Shown piece by piece: positions 18,542 to 27,999 of a DNA stretch of 64,000 nucleotides; positions within the stretch are counted from its first letter, which is position 1; every line of letters starts with the position of its first letter. A program made the translations under genes and the position numbers. Source of the stretch: a virus (lineage: Duplodnaviria; Caudoviricetes); IMG/VR virus record IMGVR_UViG_2617271113_000004, positions 127,053 to 191,052 of that record; one strand, given 5' to 3'. The notes below the pieces were generated by a model. The model ran no database searches, was not told the DNA's origin, and was given only the letters and a program-made list of their open reading frames with translations.

Positions 18542-19396
18542 ATGAAGAAAGAAAGGCTATATAATATAGAAGAATATCATTGCTTAGATATTATATCTTT
18601 ATATTCCAATATTAATGCCCATGCTAAAGCAATAAACGGCTTACCACAGAATCATTCGGAAGTATTCAACAAAAGAGGTTGGATGCTTCCTTTTTTATTT
18701 TCCTATGATACTCTCCTTTGGAAAAGATGGGATTATTGGTTTGAAATTATTGAAAAGGGTACTATCGATGGTAGTGGTCCAATCCCCCAAATCAAGTGGG
18801 CAAATACAGGAAGTAATGAAGTGCAAGAAACTAGTAAAATGTTACAACACTGCTTAAACCATTATGAAGCTAATATAGATAACTTTGCAGATTGGTTGAT
18901 TTGGGGATTATCAATCAATAAAGAAACAAATATAAATCACATCTCCCAAAACCTGAATGAACATTATTATAGAGCATTTGATTTATTTCTTGTTTTAAAA
19001 TATCCAACTGATTACCTTAGTCACATACTCACAGAAGAGACCGGAAAAGGTTACAAGAGTGGATTAGGATATTATCCAACACCATTTAGTATTTCTGAAA
19101 TGATGGTTAAGATGTCCTTTAGTGATGACAAAAGCTACAAAACAGAAACTGTTAATGATCCATGTATAGGTTGTGGTGCCATGCTATTACCTGCCTCAAA
19201 CTATACATTAAGAGGGTATGGGCAAGATATTAGTAAGATAGCAATTTCTTTAGCTACTATCCAGATGTATTGGTACGCTCCTTGGTATGCATTCCATCCA
19301 AATAATTTAAAAGGATTTAATGATTTCAAAGATATCATAATGATCAATTCTAACAATAAAAAACAAAAAGAAGGTCAATATGCTTTCAATCTTTAA
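18542..19396 (+). CDS. N6-adenine methyltransferase-like protein lacking motif IV
   Basis: YYPTP, DPCIGCGAML; no NPP(F/Y). Confidence 0.7.
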   Translation: MKKERLYNIEEYHCLDIISLYSNINAHAKAINGLPQNHSEVFNKRGWMLPFLFSYDTLLWKRWDYWFEIIEKGTIDGSGPIPQIKWANTGSNEVQETSKMLQHCLNHYEANIDNFADWLIWGLSINKETNINHISQNLNEHYYRAFDLFLVLKYPTDYLSHILTEETGKGYKSGLGYYPTPFSISEMMVKMSFSDDKSYKTETVNDPCIGCGAMLLPASNYTLRGYGQDISKIAISLATIQMYWYAPWYAFHPNNLKGFNDFKDIIMINSNNKKQKEGQYAFNL

Positions 19397-19587
19397 AAGA
19401 GGTGTTCTTGTGCAATTATTTATGACTGAATTAGATTACCATTATTTCAAATTAGGTTGTTTTTGCATAGGTTATATAAATAAACCATCAAGCGATAATC
19501 ATGTACGAAAAATAAATATACTAAAAGAAGAAGTTATTCAAGATTTAGGAGAGCGCAGATTGCTACTGAAAAAGTCTTGCTAATAAT

Positions 19588-19649
19588 TGTAATGCATTTC
19601 ATTTTTATTATTGTAATGCCTTGCATAAACTTAGGGAAAGTGATAACAT
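19588..19649 (+). promoter_or_regulatory. sigma-A-like promoter overlapped by two palindrome copies
   Basis: TGTAATGCATTTCA 19588, TGTAATGCCTTGCA 19612; TTGCAT-17-TAACAT. Confidence 0.6.
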
Positions 19650-19657
19650 AAGGTAAG

Positions 19658-20374
19658 ATGCAGGGGGAACACAAAGGAGTTTATTTAATGAAGAAATTCA
19701 GAGGAAAAACGATCATTGTATCCGCTATTGCATTCTCATTGCTTTTAGTGACTTCATATCAGTTCTATTCTTATATTTTGAACCATAATCAATTGAAAAT
19801 AGAACATAAGGATATTCAAAATAAGAATAAAGAACAGAAAAAAATTATTCATCAATTACAAACTGAAAACGAAGAAAAGTCTTCCAAAATCGAACAGCAT
19901 AAGTCAACGATTGAAGACAAAAATAAAGTAATTGATGAACAGGAACAAAAAATTGAAGAACTAAAAGAGAAAAGAAACAAACTACAAGAAGAGCTTCAAG
20001 TAAAGCGAGATTCAGTAGAGCAAACTAGTCAGCTAACTACACTTGTTAAAACTACTTCAACAAATGGTGGTTGGAAAGATTTTAAAGCTACCTATTATGA
20101 CGCTAATTATCAATCCACTGGAAAATATCCAGGAGATACCGGATATGGTAAAACAGCGAGTGGAAGGACAGTAACTGAAGGAGTAACGATTGCTGTAGAT
20201 CCTGATGTGATTCCATTAGGTTCTTGGGTTTTAGTTAAGTATCCTGATGGAAGAGTGGAAAAAAGAAGAGCTGATGATACTGGATCTGCTATTAATGGGA
20301 ATAAAATAGATATCTATGTTCCTAAAGCTACACTTTCTAGTGGAAAGCATAATGTGAAAGTAAAAATATTGTAA
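19658..20374 (+). CDS. membrane-anchored coiled-coil plus 3D-domain cell-wall protein
   Basis: TM, coiled coil, G.TASG, IAVDP..IPLGS, A.DTG.AI.GNKID.Y. Confidence 0.9.
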   Translation: MQGEHKGVYLMKKFRGKTIIVSAIAFSLLLVTSYQFYSYILNHNQLKIEHKDIQNKNKEQKKIIHQLQTENEEKSSKIEQHKSTIEDKNKVIDEQEQKIEELKEKRNKLQEELQVKRDSVEQTSQLTTLVKTTSTNGGWKDFKATYYDANYQSTGKYPGDTGYGKTASGRTVTEGVTIAVDPDVIPLGSWVLVKYPDGRVEKRRADDTGSAINGNKIDIYVPKATLSSGKHNVKVKIL

Positions 20375-20388
20375 GGGGGACGATTCTT

Positions 20389-20637
20389 TTGCAGGGAGAA
20401 GACAATTTTGATTTTATAAGCGAGGTTCTACCAGAAGGTAATCAACAGAAACAATTCGAAAATGAAGAAACAACTACAAAAGTAACAGAAGCCGATTATA
20501 TTACTACTTCATATCTCCTTACTAATGTAATTATGAACATTCTTATTGAAAGAGGAATCACAACACAGAAAGAAATAAATGGAATATTGAAAGAGGTTCA
20601 TGCCGATTTTCAAGATAAAAGGAGGGGGTTATCATAA
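20389..20637 (+). CDS. hypothetical protein
   Basis: GGGGGA RBS, TTG start. Confidence 0.6.
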   Translation: MQGEDNFDFISEVLPEGNQQKQFENEETTTKVTEADYITTSYLLTNVIMNILIERGITTQKEINGILKEVHADFQDKRRGLS

Positions 20638-21002
20638 ATTTATTTGATGAAATTAGAAATAATTCTACCCATTTCTCGGAACAGATTAAGATGGAGTCTA
20701 AACATTTAGATGAGGTGACAATCGCAGGTGAAATTCTCTCTGTTATTTCACCAACTTCCGAAAATATGAAATACCTTTCATCTCATTATATATTAGAAAT
20801 TGATGATAAAGTGGGATCCATATTTGTTTACGTTTCATCACTCATGAAAAATCATTATCCATTTTTAGAATCAAATCAGTTTGTTTCCTTAAAGGGATAT
20901 GTAAATGTATTGTATCGGAAAATTGGTGAAGAAAATCATAAAGAATGCTCTATTGTAGCTTATGAAGCTAAAGATATTCGGCTGCAGGAGCTTTCAAGTT
21001 GA
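20634..21002 (+). CDS. OB-fold-like protein (ATA start at 20634 or ATG at 20691)
   Basis: VTIAGEI, LEIDD..GSI.V, V.LKG.V resemble the DnaE-type OB fold. Confidence 0.55.
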   Translation: MNLFDEIRNNSTHFSEQIKMESKHLDEVTIAGEILSVISPTSENMKYLSSHYILEIDDKVGSIFVYVSSLMKNHYPFLESNQFVSLKGYVNVLYRKIGEENHKECSIVAYEAKDIRLQELSS

Positions 21003-21181
21003 GAAATGTATTAGTCTTTCCTGATAATTATGAGTTAGACTTCACTTATCCTTCAGACAGAACTCTTGAAGAAGGAACAAGACTTTATGTACGAATGTCA
21101 GATAGCACTACCAATTTAGTTGAAATAACTAATATTTCTCAGCAAGAAAGTGCTATTTACTATTATTTAATACTAATCTAA
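20999..21181 (+). CDS. hypothetical protein
   Basis: AGGAG RBS, TTG start. Confidence 0.55.
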   Translation: MRNVLVFPDNYELDFTYPSDRTLEEGTRLYVRMSDSTTNLVEITNISQQESAIYYYLILI

Positions 21182-21243
21182 ACCGCCTGTCGGCTTATTT
21201 AGTAGAAATTATAAAAAATGAAAATTCGAGAGGAGAATGAATA

Positions 21244-21963
21244 ATGAACAACAATTTTAACGGTGGTTTTAACCCTGGACAACAACAAGGATTCCCTCCA
21301 CAACCTAACGGGAACTTCAATCCTAATCAAAACATGAACGGAGGAAATCAAGGAGGTAATTCTGGATCAAATTCCAATAAGCCTTCATATAATAAATTTG
21401 TTGTTTTAGCAAATTTAACAAAAGATCCTGAAGGTAAAACAGTGAATAATAGCAAAGTTGCTTCATCAAGCATCGCAGTTAATCATCCAAACAATCAAAC
21501 TGATTTCTGGGATATTGAAGTATGGGTAAATCAAGGAAATAGTTCCGGTACACATGATTTCCTATTAGATTATTGTAAGAAAGGTCGTCAGCTGCTAATT
21601 GAAGGAGAACCTTACCTCAAACGTCGTAAAAGACAAATAAACGGTCAAGATGTATTAGATCAAAACGGAAAAGGTGTTTATGATTACTATCCAACAATTA
21701 AAGTAACTAATCTTACTGGACTTGCTGGTGGTCAGTCAAATAATAATAACAATAGTAATCAAGGTAATCAGCAACAAGGGCAGCAGAACAATTTTAATCA
21801 ACAAGCACCACAGCCAAATGGTGGTTTTAATCCACAGCAACAGCAAGGAGGATTTGCTCCACAAGGGAACTTTGGTGCCCCACAAGGTGCTCCAGGAATG
21901 CAACAAGGGGCTCCAAACGGACAAGGTTTTGGTCCTCCAAGTGGACAATTCATTCAAAGATAG
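21244..21963 (+). CDS. ssb: single-stranded DNA-binding protein with G/N/Q-rich tails
   Basis: NK.V..NLTKDPE, IAVN, TDF..I.VW, KKG.Q..IEG. Confidence 0.88.
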   Translation: MNNNFNGGFNPGQQQGFPPQPNGNFNPNQNMNGGNQGGNSGSNSNKPSYNKFVVLANLTKDPEGKTVNNSKVASSSIAVNHPNNQTDFWDIEVWVNQGNSSGTHDFLLDYCKKGRQLLIEGEPYLKRRKRQINGQDVLDQNGKGVYDYYPTIKVTNLTGLAGGQSNNNNNSNQGNQQQGQQNNFNQQAPQPNGGFNPQQQQGGFAPQGNFGAPQGAPGMQQGAPNGQGFGPPSGQFIQR

Positions 21964-21971
21964 GATGATTA

Positions 21972-22334
21972 ATGATGTCTCGTAAGAAGCCTAAAATTTT
22001 ATATGCCTTTCATCGTTTTATGGAAGGCATATTCTCTTATTATTTAGATAAAGGTATGGCTAAAAACAATGCAAAGTTGCGCATGTACAAAGAGACATAT
22101 GAAACATGTCTAGATTTTGCAAAAAAGGAAAAAGACATACCTGACCATGCTTTAATTGCAACCATGCAACACGCATCTCGTCATTTAAATCAACGTGGTA
22201 TAAGTTTGTCTGAAACTCTTAAAAAAGATCCCTCCAATTCCAATAAAGAAGAGATTAGAATAGCTCTTCATTCAATCAAGAAAGTAAAAGATGCTGCTGA
22301 CGAATTTATTACTACATACAGAGGTGAAAGTTAA
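21972..22334 (+). CDS. hypothetical protein
   Basis: ORF coupled to recA. Confidence 0.65.
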   Translation: MMSRKKPKILYAFHRFMEGIFSYYLDKGMAKNNAKLRMYKETYETCLDFAKKEKDIPDHALIATMQHASRHLNQRGISLSETLKKDPSNSNKEEIRIALHSIKKVKDAADEFITTYRGES

Positions 22335-23425
22335 TGTCAAAATTCAAACAAACATTAAATAAAAAACTTGGTGATGGTACCGTTTTTTCATTTGGGGATA
22401 GTGAAACATTAAGAATTCAACCAGTACCTACCGGAATCCCGAGTTTAGATTATGCATTAGGTATAGGCGGTTTTCCCTTAGGTCGTATTGTAGAAATTTA
22501 TGGTCCTGAGTCTTCTGGCAAAACAACAGTAGCACTTCAAACTATTGCAAAATATCAAGAGTTAGCAAAGAATCCAGATCATCCTTTCTCTAAAAAGAAA
22601 GAGGTTCTCTACATTGATGCTGAAAATGCTCTAGATCCAGTTCATGTTGAGAATATTGGAGTAGATGTTTCTGATGAAACTGGCATGCTTATTAATCAAC
22701 CTGATTATGGGGAGCAAGCATTCGATACTATGGAGACCGCAATTCACTCTGGTGAAGTAGGTTTGATCGTAGTGGATTCTGTAGCTAACTTAGTCCCTAA
22801 AAAGGAATTAGAAGGAAGTAATGAGGATCAACAAATGGGATTACTAGCACGGATTATGTCTAAAGGTCTTCGTAAAATTACAGGACCTGCTAGAGAGAAC
22901 AACACATTAATTATCTTTATTAATCAAATACGTGAAAAAGTTGGAGTGATGTATGGTAATCCCGAAACGACTCCTGGAGGACGATCTTTACGTTTCTATG
23001 CTTCTGTGAGGATGCATATTAATAAAAAGGAAATTAAAAAAGGTGATGTGGTTTTAGGACATACCATGAACTTTAACATTAAGAAAAATAAAGTAGCACG
23101 ACCATTTACAAAGTCAGAGGTAGATTATTATTATGACACTTTATTTGATATGACCAAGGATATTATGAATGTTGCAATGGGAATGGGTATTATAAACCGA
23201 GCAGGGGCTTATTATTATTATGGACAAGATAGTAAAAAACCTTATAAAGATGATATGGGGAATGAACTCAAATGGATGGGAAAAGATTCGGTAGAACTAG
23301 CCTTAAAACAAAGCCCAGCTTTATTTAAATATACAAATGATATTGTGCAGGGTAGAATTCCAAAGGATGCACAATTCGTAGATGAAGAACCACAAGAAGA
23401 ACCTCCTGAAGAATTATTAGTATAA
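22334..23425 (+). CDS. recA: recombinase RecA
   Basis: GRIVEIYGPESSGKTT, IVVDSVA, INQIREKVGVMYGNPETTPGG, KNKVA.PF. Confidence 0.97.
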   Translation: MSKFKQTLNKKLGDGTVFSFGDSETLRIQPVPTGIPSLDYALGIGGFPLGRIVEIYGPESSGKTTVALQTIAKYQELAKNPDHPFSKKKEVLYIDAENALDPVHVENIGVDVSDETGMLINQPDYGEQAFDTMETAIHSGEVGLIVVDSVANLVPKKELEGSNEDQQMGLLARIMSKGLRKITGPARENNTLIIFINQIREKVGVMYGNPETTPGGRSLRFYASVRMHINKKEIKKGDVVLGHTMNFNIKKNKVARPFTKSEVDYYYDTLFDMTKDIMNVAMGMGIINRAGAYYYYGQDSKKPYKDDMGNELKWMGKDSVELALKQSPALFKYTNDIVQGRIPKDAQFVDEEPQEEPPEELLV

Positions 23426-23445
23426 TGATGAGGGAGTGAATAGAT

Positions 23446-24069
23446 ATGAAAGATGAAATACCTTTTGACATGAATGATGTTGATCCTATTTATTTTAATC
23501 CTAAATATTATGATTATGAACCTAGCTATACGACGCTGCATAATGGCACTAGTCACTTTCATTTAAGAACATCTATCTTAACATGTGAAACTTGTGGCAT
23601 GTATCTTTCAAATGAACCCTTACCATTAAATAATATGAATGCCACTTTAATGATTATTGGAGAATCACCAACTGATGTTCAATTTGAAACAAGTAACGGT
23701 GAAATACTAGCCACAGCATTGAAACAAGTACATGTGAATTTTGATGATATCTACTTAACAGCTGCGAGAAAATCAGTTGAGACTCAGAGGGTTTGTGACC
23801 ATCATTTGTCTAGTGAATTAATTGTTGTTCATCCTCTTATGATCATCGCTTTAGGTTATGAAGTGGGCGCAGCGATTACAGATCATGTACAAGCACCTGG
23901 ACAGGGTTTTACTCTTTCCAACGGCTCTGATTTATTGGTTACAAATAGCTTATCTGAGATATTGCAAAGTCCTTCACTTTACCAGCCATTCATCAATCAT
24001 TTACAGATAGCATGCAACCAGTGGGAAATACGTAAACAACAAAGGAGCTTAAGTTATGAAAGAGTATAA
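23446..24069 (+). CDS. family-4 uracil-DNA glycosylase-like protein, degenerate
   Basis: CETC, LMIIGESP, P..IIALG; conserved Asn and HP motif absent. Confidence 0.7.
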   Translation: MKDEIPFDMNDVDPIYFNPKYYDYEPSYTTLHNGTSHFHLRTSILTCETCGMYLSNEPLPLNNMNATLMIIGESPTDVQFETSNGEILATALKQVHVNFDDIYLTAARKSVETQRVCDHHLSSELIVVHPLMIIALGYEVGAAITDHVQAPGQGFTLSNGSDLLVTNSLSEILQSPSLYQPFINHLQIACNQWEIRKQQRSLSYERV

Positions 24070-24238
24070 GTTATCACAAGTAGCAAAAATGTTAAATGTT
24101 CATAGAGACACTATTTTGTATTGGGAAGAAAATAAAATGATTCCTAAACCTAGAAGAAATCCAAAAAATAATTATAGAACTTATAATGAAAAAGAGATAA
24201 AATTAATTAGTGACATTCGAGGAGTTAAAATAAGTTAA
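24056..24238 (+). CDS. MerR-type HTH protein
   Basis: LSQVAKMLNVHRDTILYWE..P.R...NNYR.Y. Confidence 0.88.
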   Translation: MKEYKLSQVAKMLNVHRDTILYWEENKMIPKPRRNPKNNYRTYNEKEIKLISDIRGVKIS

Positions 24239-24328
24239 AATTCAAATGATCTCACGTAAGTTTAAGGCCTCTCCGTATGAATGACTCATTTGAAATTTGA
24301 TATCCTTTTAACCTCTATATGAAATGCT

Positions 24329-24358
24329 TTTACAAATGTAAAGATGTAATGTATTATA
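24329..24358 (+). promoter_or_regulatory. sigma-A-like promoter overlapped by palindrome variant
   Basis: TTTACA-17-TATTAT; TGTAATGTATTATA at 24345. Confidence 0.55.
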
Positions 24359-24408
24359 AAACAAGATATGAGGTATTGTAATGTCATCATATAGAAAGGG
24401 GTATTTAT

Positions 24409-24969
24409 ATGGCTGAAAAAGAGGCTTTTTTAAAGAATCTAAGTAAGAGTGAATTAAAGGTTCACGATTATATTAAGGAAAAATCTGCTCAATCTGATGG
24501 ACGCTTTCAACAATCTATGAGTAAAATTGGAGACGCCTTAGGGATTAGTGAAGCTACTGTACATCGTGCGGTTAGACGCTTAAAAAAAGATGGCATTATC
24601 GGTATTATTCCTTCTCAAGAAAAGGCAGAGTCTAATCATATTGTTTACTATGGTGTCCCAGATGAAGAGGAGCAAGTAAATACCATCATTTCAATGGCTA
24701 GTGATCTTTCAAGCAGTATTAATCGTTTTCAAACTTTAATGGAAGTCAAAGATCAAACGATTCGTACAATGGAAAAAGAGCGTGACAGATTAATTAAACA
24801 AGTAGAAGAGCAGCAGACAGAATTAGAAAATTACAAACAAGTTGCTGAAAAGATGACACAAATTGTTGCCTCTTACGAAAAAGGTATGCCTGTTTTTAGT
24901 GACTCTAAAATCATTGGCTATACCGAACTTGATGACGGAAGTAGTGCTTTAATTTTCAAGGAAAAATAA
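24409..24969 (+). CDS. winged-HTH plus coiled-coil protein
   Basis: IGDALGISEATVHRAVRRLKKDGII. Confidence 0.8.
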   Translation: MAEKEAFLKNLSKSELKVHDYIKEKSAQSDGRFQQSMSKIGDALGISEATVHRAVRRLKKDGIIGIIPSQEKAESNHIVYYGVPDEEEQVNTIISMASDLSSSINRFQTLMEVKDQTIRTMEKERDRLIKQVEEQQTELENYKQVAEKMTQIVASYEKGMPVFSDSKIIGYTELDDGSSALIFKEK

Positions 24970-24975
24970 GAAAGG

Positions 24976-25233
24976 TTGTGTCTTTTAAATATGCAACTGA
25001 TTGATTCAATAAATTTAAACGAGAAAGCAGAAACGATTGCAGACCAGGTTTTTTTCATGATATCAAATATGGAATATCACTCTTCAAAGAATGATATTCC
25101 TGAGTTTCTGGATCACCTTAAAGAAGAATTAAGAGAAGACCCTCTTCTTTATCCAATGATATTAACAAGTCTTGAGCGCATTTTTCAAGATAAATTAAAC
25201 CAGTTGTGTGATAAAGCAATAAAACACTCGTAA
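24976..25233 (+). CDS. hypothetical protein
   Basis: ORF in operon context. Confidence 0.55.
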   Translation: MCLLNMQLIDSINLNEKAETIADQVFFMISNMEYHSSKNDIPEFLDHLKEELREDPLLYPMILTSLERIFQDKLNQLCDKAIKHS

Positions 25234-25267
25234 TGAGTCTAAATTGATTTTTCAGGGGGTGTATTGA

Positions 25268-25750
25268 ATGGTATTACACAGATTGCTTTTAGAAGACATC
25301 AATGAATGGGAAAGAATATGCGAGAAACTCAATGAACAAAACAATAACCTTAAAGTTCCCTTAGAAAACAATACCACTACTCTACATCAATTTAATATGG
25401 ATTTAAGTGATTTATTCACCGAGGTTAATTACTACTTTGGTAAAGCAAGAAGAAATAAAGATGCTATTTCAAGAATAATTGAGAATGTGCTAAAGGATCT
25501 ATATAAAGGTCAAAATGATTTAGCAAGAAAGGCAGCTGGAATTCAACTAGCACAAAGATATCCTGTTCCAGATACAGCAAAACCTTATTACCCGGAGGAT
25601 TTTGTGAATTTATTTGAACTTGAAGACCAAATAAATGCTTATTACTATGCATTAGATGCTGCCTTAAAATCTTTAAATCATAAGGCGAGTGCTAAAATCA
25701 CCAATAACTCAATACTTAATATTGAAAGGTCATTACTCCCAAGTAGTTAA
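25268..25750 (+). CDS. hypothetical protein
   Basis: 160-aa ORF with RBS. Confidence 0.65.
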   Translation: MVLHRLLLEDINEWERICEKLNEQNNNLKVPLENNTTTLHQFNMDLSDLFTEVNYYFGKARRNKDAISRIIENVLKDLYKGQNDLARKAAGIQLAQRYPVPDTAKPYYPEDFVNLFELEDQINAYYYALDAALKSLNHKASAKITNNSILNIERSLLPSS

Positions 25751-25762
25751 AGGAGTTACATT

Positions 25763-26296
25763 ATGAGTGAATGTAGGTTTATAACCGAATGTGCAAATGC
25801 GAATAAATCTTGCTATAAATGCTTTGATTATAATATGTATAGTTCAAAAAAAGAAAGAGTACCTCTACGTGCAAGGTCTCTCACAAATAAACAGAAGAAA
25901 AGTGGGATTGACTTTGAAAATAGAGGAACTAAACAATATAATTCTGCAATTAAGCAATCAAAAGATGCAGCTCGTAGACAAATTGCATCTGGTGCTTTGC
26001 ATTTTGCACTAGGAGATATGATAACTGAAGAAGATCTAACTGCATCTTTAGCGGAATTCAAAGAAAGGGGATCTAAAGATGCTAAGGGATCCAAACAGAT
26101 TACCATCAAAAAAGAGTGGCTTGATGGTATTAAAGAAGAAGCCCACAATATGGGGAAAGATTATTATTATCTTCCTTTTAGTTTTAAAGGAAGTGATACG
26201 GATTATGTTGCAATGGAGTATGAAATGTTACTTTCTTATGTACAAACTATCCAAATGCTTGTTGAGCAAAATAAGATTCTTCAAGAAAGGGGATAG
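25763..26296 (+). CDS. PD-(D/E)xK nuclease, Holliday junction resolvase-like
   Basis: G..FE, SGA, GD, AEFK, TIKKEWL. Confidence 0.7.
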   Translation: MSECRFITECANANKSCYKCFDYNMYSSKKERVPLRARSLTNKQKKSGIDFENRGTKQYNSAIKQSKDAARRQIASGALHFALGDMITEEDLTASLAEFKERGSKDAKGSKQITIKKEWLDGIKEEAHNMGKDYYYLPFSFKGSDTDYVAMEYEMLLSYVQTIQMLVEQNKILQERG

Positions 26297-26303
26297 AACT
26301 GTC

Positions 26304-26381
26304 ATGAAATCGAAAGGTACGCAAAGACGAATAACAGCCATAAGAAAACGAAAAGGTTTATCACACACTAAAACAAGTTAA
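26304..26381 (+). CDS. 25-aa basic peptide
   Basis: GGGGGA RBS; MKSKGTQRRITAIRKRKGLSHTKTS. Confidence 0.35.
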   Translation: MKSKGTQRRITAIRKRKGLSHTKTS

Positions 26382-26429
26382 AAGCCTGTCGGCTTGTTTA
26401 TTGATGTATAAATAAGGGGGATTGAGAAA

Positions 26430-27119
26430 ATGAGTGCTGCATTACAAGAAGCTTTAAATTATGAAGCAAAAGAAGCTGTTCATTCCATTCAAGATATGAT
26501 GGAAGGTATGCTTCAAAACGTAAAAGATAATGATGGCTATGTTAGAGAAGAATTGGATGAAATGACAATTCGAAAAATGATGCTTGCGAAACACTATTTG
26601 AAACAAGATATTGAAAAAATGAAAGAGATGAAAAAAGCTATCGTTAAAGAGTGGGACCAACGAATTAATAAGAAGAATGACGACATTGCAGCTATTGATT
26701 CTATAATAGATAATTTCGTTAAGCACCAAAATAACGGGAAAAAATTATCGTTCGATATTGGCACAGCTTCTCTAAGAAGAAATAATCATAAGGTCACAAT
26801 GGAAGACGAAAATAAAGCCAAAGCCTATTTTCAGAATAATGGAGTATTACAGGAAGTATTAAAAGAACCTTCAATTGATGTGACACGTGCTCAAAATTAT
26901 TTCATGATTCAATTCGAACAGCATGTTAAATCACTTGCAGAAGCAACCATTAATCAGGAAATTCAAATGAGTGAGAAAAAGAAAATCACAAAAAAACGTG
27001 AAAAGGAAATCCTTCAGGAAACAATTGATAGAGAACTTCCTAATTTACAGCAAAACTTACCTGAAGGGTTCAAGTTAATTATGCCTGAAGAAAAAGTAAC
27101 CACAAGATTTAATATTTAG
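26430..27119 (+). CDS. Mu Gam/Gp157-like DNA end-binding protein
   Basis: long helical region then KKLSFDIGTASLRR. Confidence 0.6.
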   Translation: MSAALQEALNYEAKEAVHSIQDMMEGMLQNVKDNDGYVREELDEMTIRKMMLAKHYLKQDIEKMKEMKKAIVKEWDQRINKKNDDIAAIDSIIDNFVKHQNNGKKLSFDIGTASLRRNNHKVTMEDENKAKAYFQNNGVLQEVLKEPSIDVTRAQNYFMIQFEQHVKSLAEATINQEIQMSEKKKITKKREKEILQETIDRELPNLQQNLPEGFKLIMPEEKVTTRFNI

Positions 27120-27198
27120 TAGATAATCCCATCAACCTCGTATATAATAGTTGGTGGGATTTTTTTCCTACATATATCATAAAAGGGGGATTATTGTA

Positions 27199-27834
27199 AT
27201 GAAATTTTTCAAGAACAAAAAAGTATGGGTGACTTTAGGCGTATTAATCGCAATCATTCTTGTTTATAGTATTGGAAATAATGGTGCTAAAGTAGCTCTG
27301 GGAGAGTCTAAGGTTAATCACGAAGAGTTAACAGCTAAAATTGATGATAGCAAGAATCAATTGGCTGATATCAAAGAAGAAATTGAGTCACAAGATGGGA
27401 GACTTTCTGAAAAGAAAAAAGAAGTCGATGAAGTACTTGAATTAGTTGAGAATAAAGAAAGGCTGCAAAAAGAGTTTGAAGATCTTGAAAATGATGTCTC
27501 CGACAAGAAAATTGAAGTTGAAACATTAGCAACTGATATTGAGAACAAGCAAAATGAATTGGATGATATTTCGAATGTAATTCAGGAGAAAGAGGAAGAG
27601 CCAATTGAACTATCTGCTGGTCAGTATTTTGTTGGTACAGATATTCCTGCAGGTCGCTACCGAGCTACAAATGTAGGTCGTGGATCAAATTTCTTTGTTT
27701 ATGACGTAGATGGGAATGTATTAGTAAACACTATATTAGGAGATGGCCATGGTGATGGAGATTATGTCTTCTTCACAGAAATGACGGATGTAATTGAATC
27801 ACATGCGAAGGTAAAGCTTATACCTGTTGAATAA
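27199..27834 (+). CDS. membrane-anchored coiled-coil surface protein
   Basis: TM, coiled coil, LSAGQY.VG.DIPAG.Y domain. Confidence 0.75.
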   Translation: MKFFKNKKVWVTLGVLIAIILVYSIGNNGAKVALGESKVNHEELTAKIDDSKNQLADIKEEIESQDGRLSEKKKEVDEVLELVENKERLQKEFEDLENDVSDKKIEVETLATDIENKQNELDDISNVIQEKEEEPIELSAGQYFVGTDIPAGRYRATNVGRGSNFFVYDVDGNVLVNTILGDGHGDGDYVFFTEMTDVIESHAKVKLIPVE

Positions 27835-27856
27835 ACATAATATCTAATCTTTTTAA

Positions 27857-27893
27857 AGGCGTGCTCTTATTTTTTTAAGAATACGCTTTTTTT
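27857..27893 (+). terminator. rho-independent terminator
   Basis: GGCGTGCTCTTA...TAAGAATACGCT then T-run. Confidence 0.65.
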
Positions 27894-27931
27894 CTATTGC
27901 TTTTCCCCAAGTTTTACTTTACAATATAAAA

Positions 27932-27964
27932 AGAAAGGCATTACAAATATAGTAATGCATTACA
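27932..27964. promoter_or_regulatory. palindrome plus half-site upstream of radical SAM/AAA operon
   Basis: GGCATTACA and AGTAATGCATTACA. Confidence 0.65.
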
Positions 27965-27999
27965 AAATATTATAACTAGGGTAAAAAGGAGCTAATATA

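Noticed and set aside
18542-19396. Restriction-modification system
   Set aside because: No catalytic motif IV and no restriction or specificity subunit nearby
19380-19583. 67-aa ORF after methyltransferase-like gene
   Set aside because: Possible but weak; start uncertain and no motif
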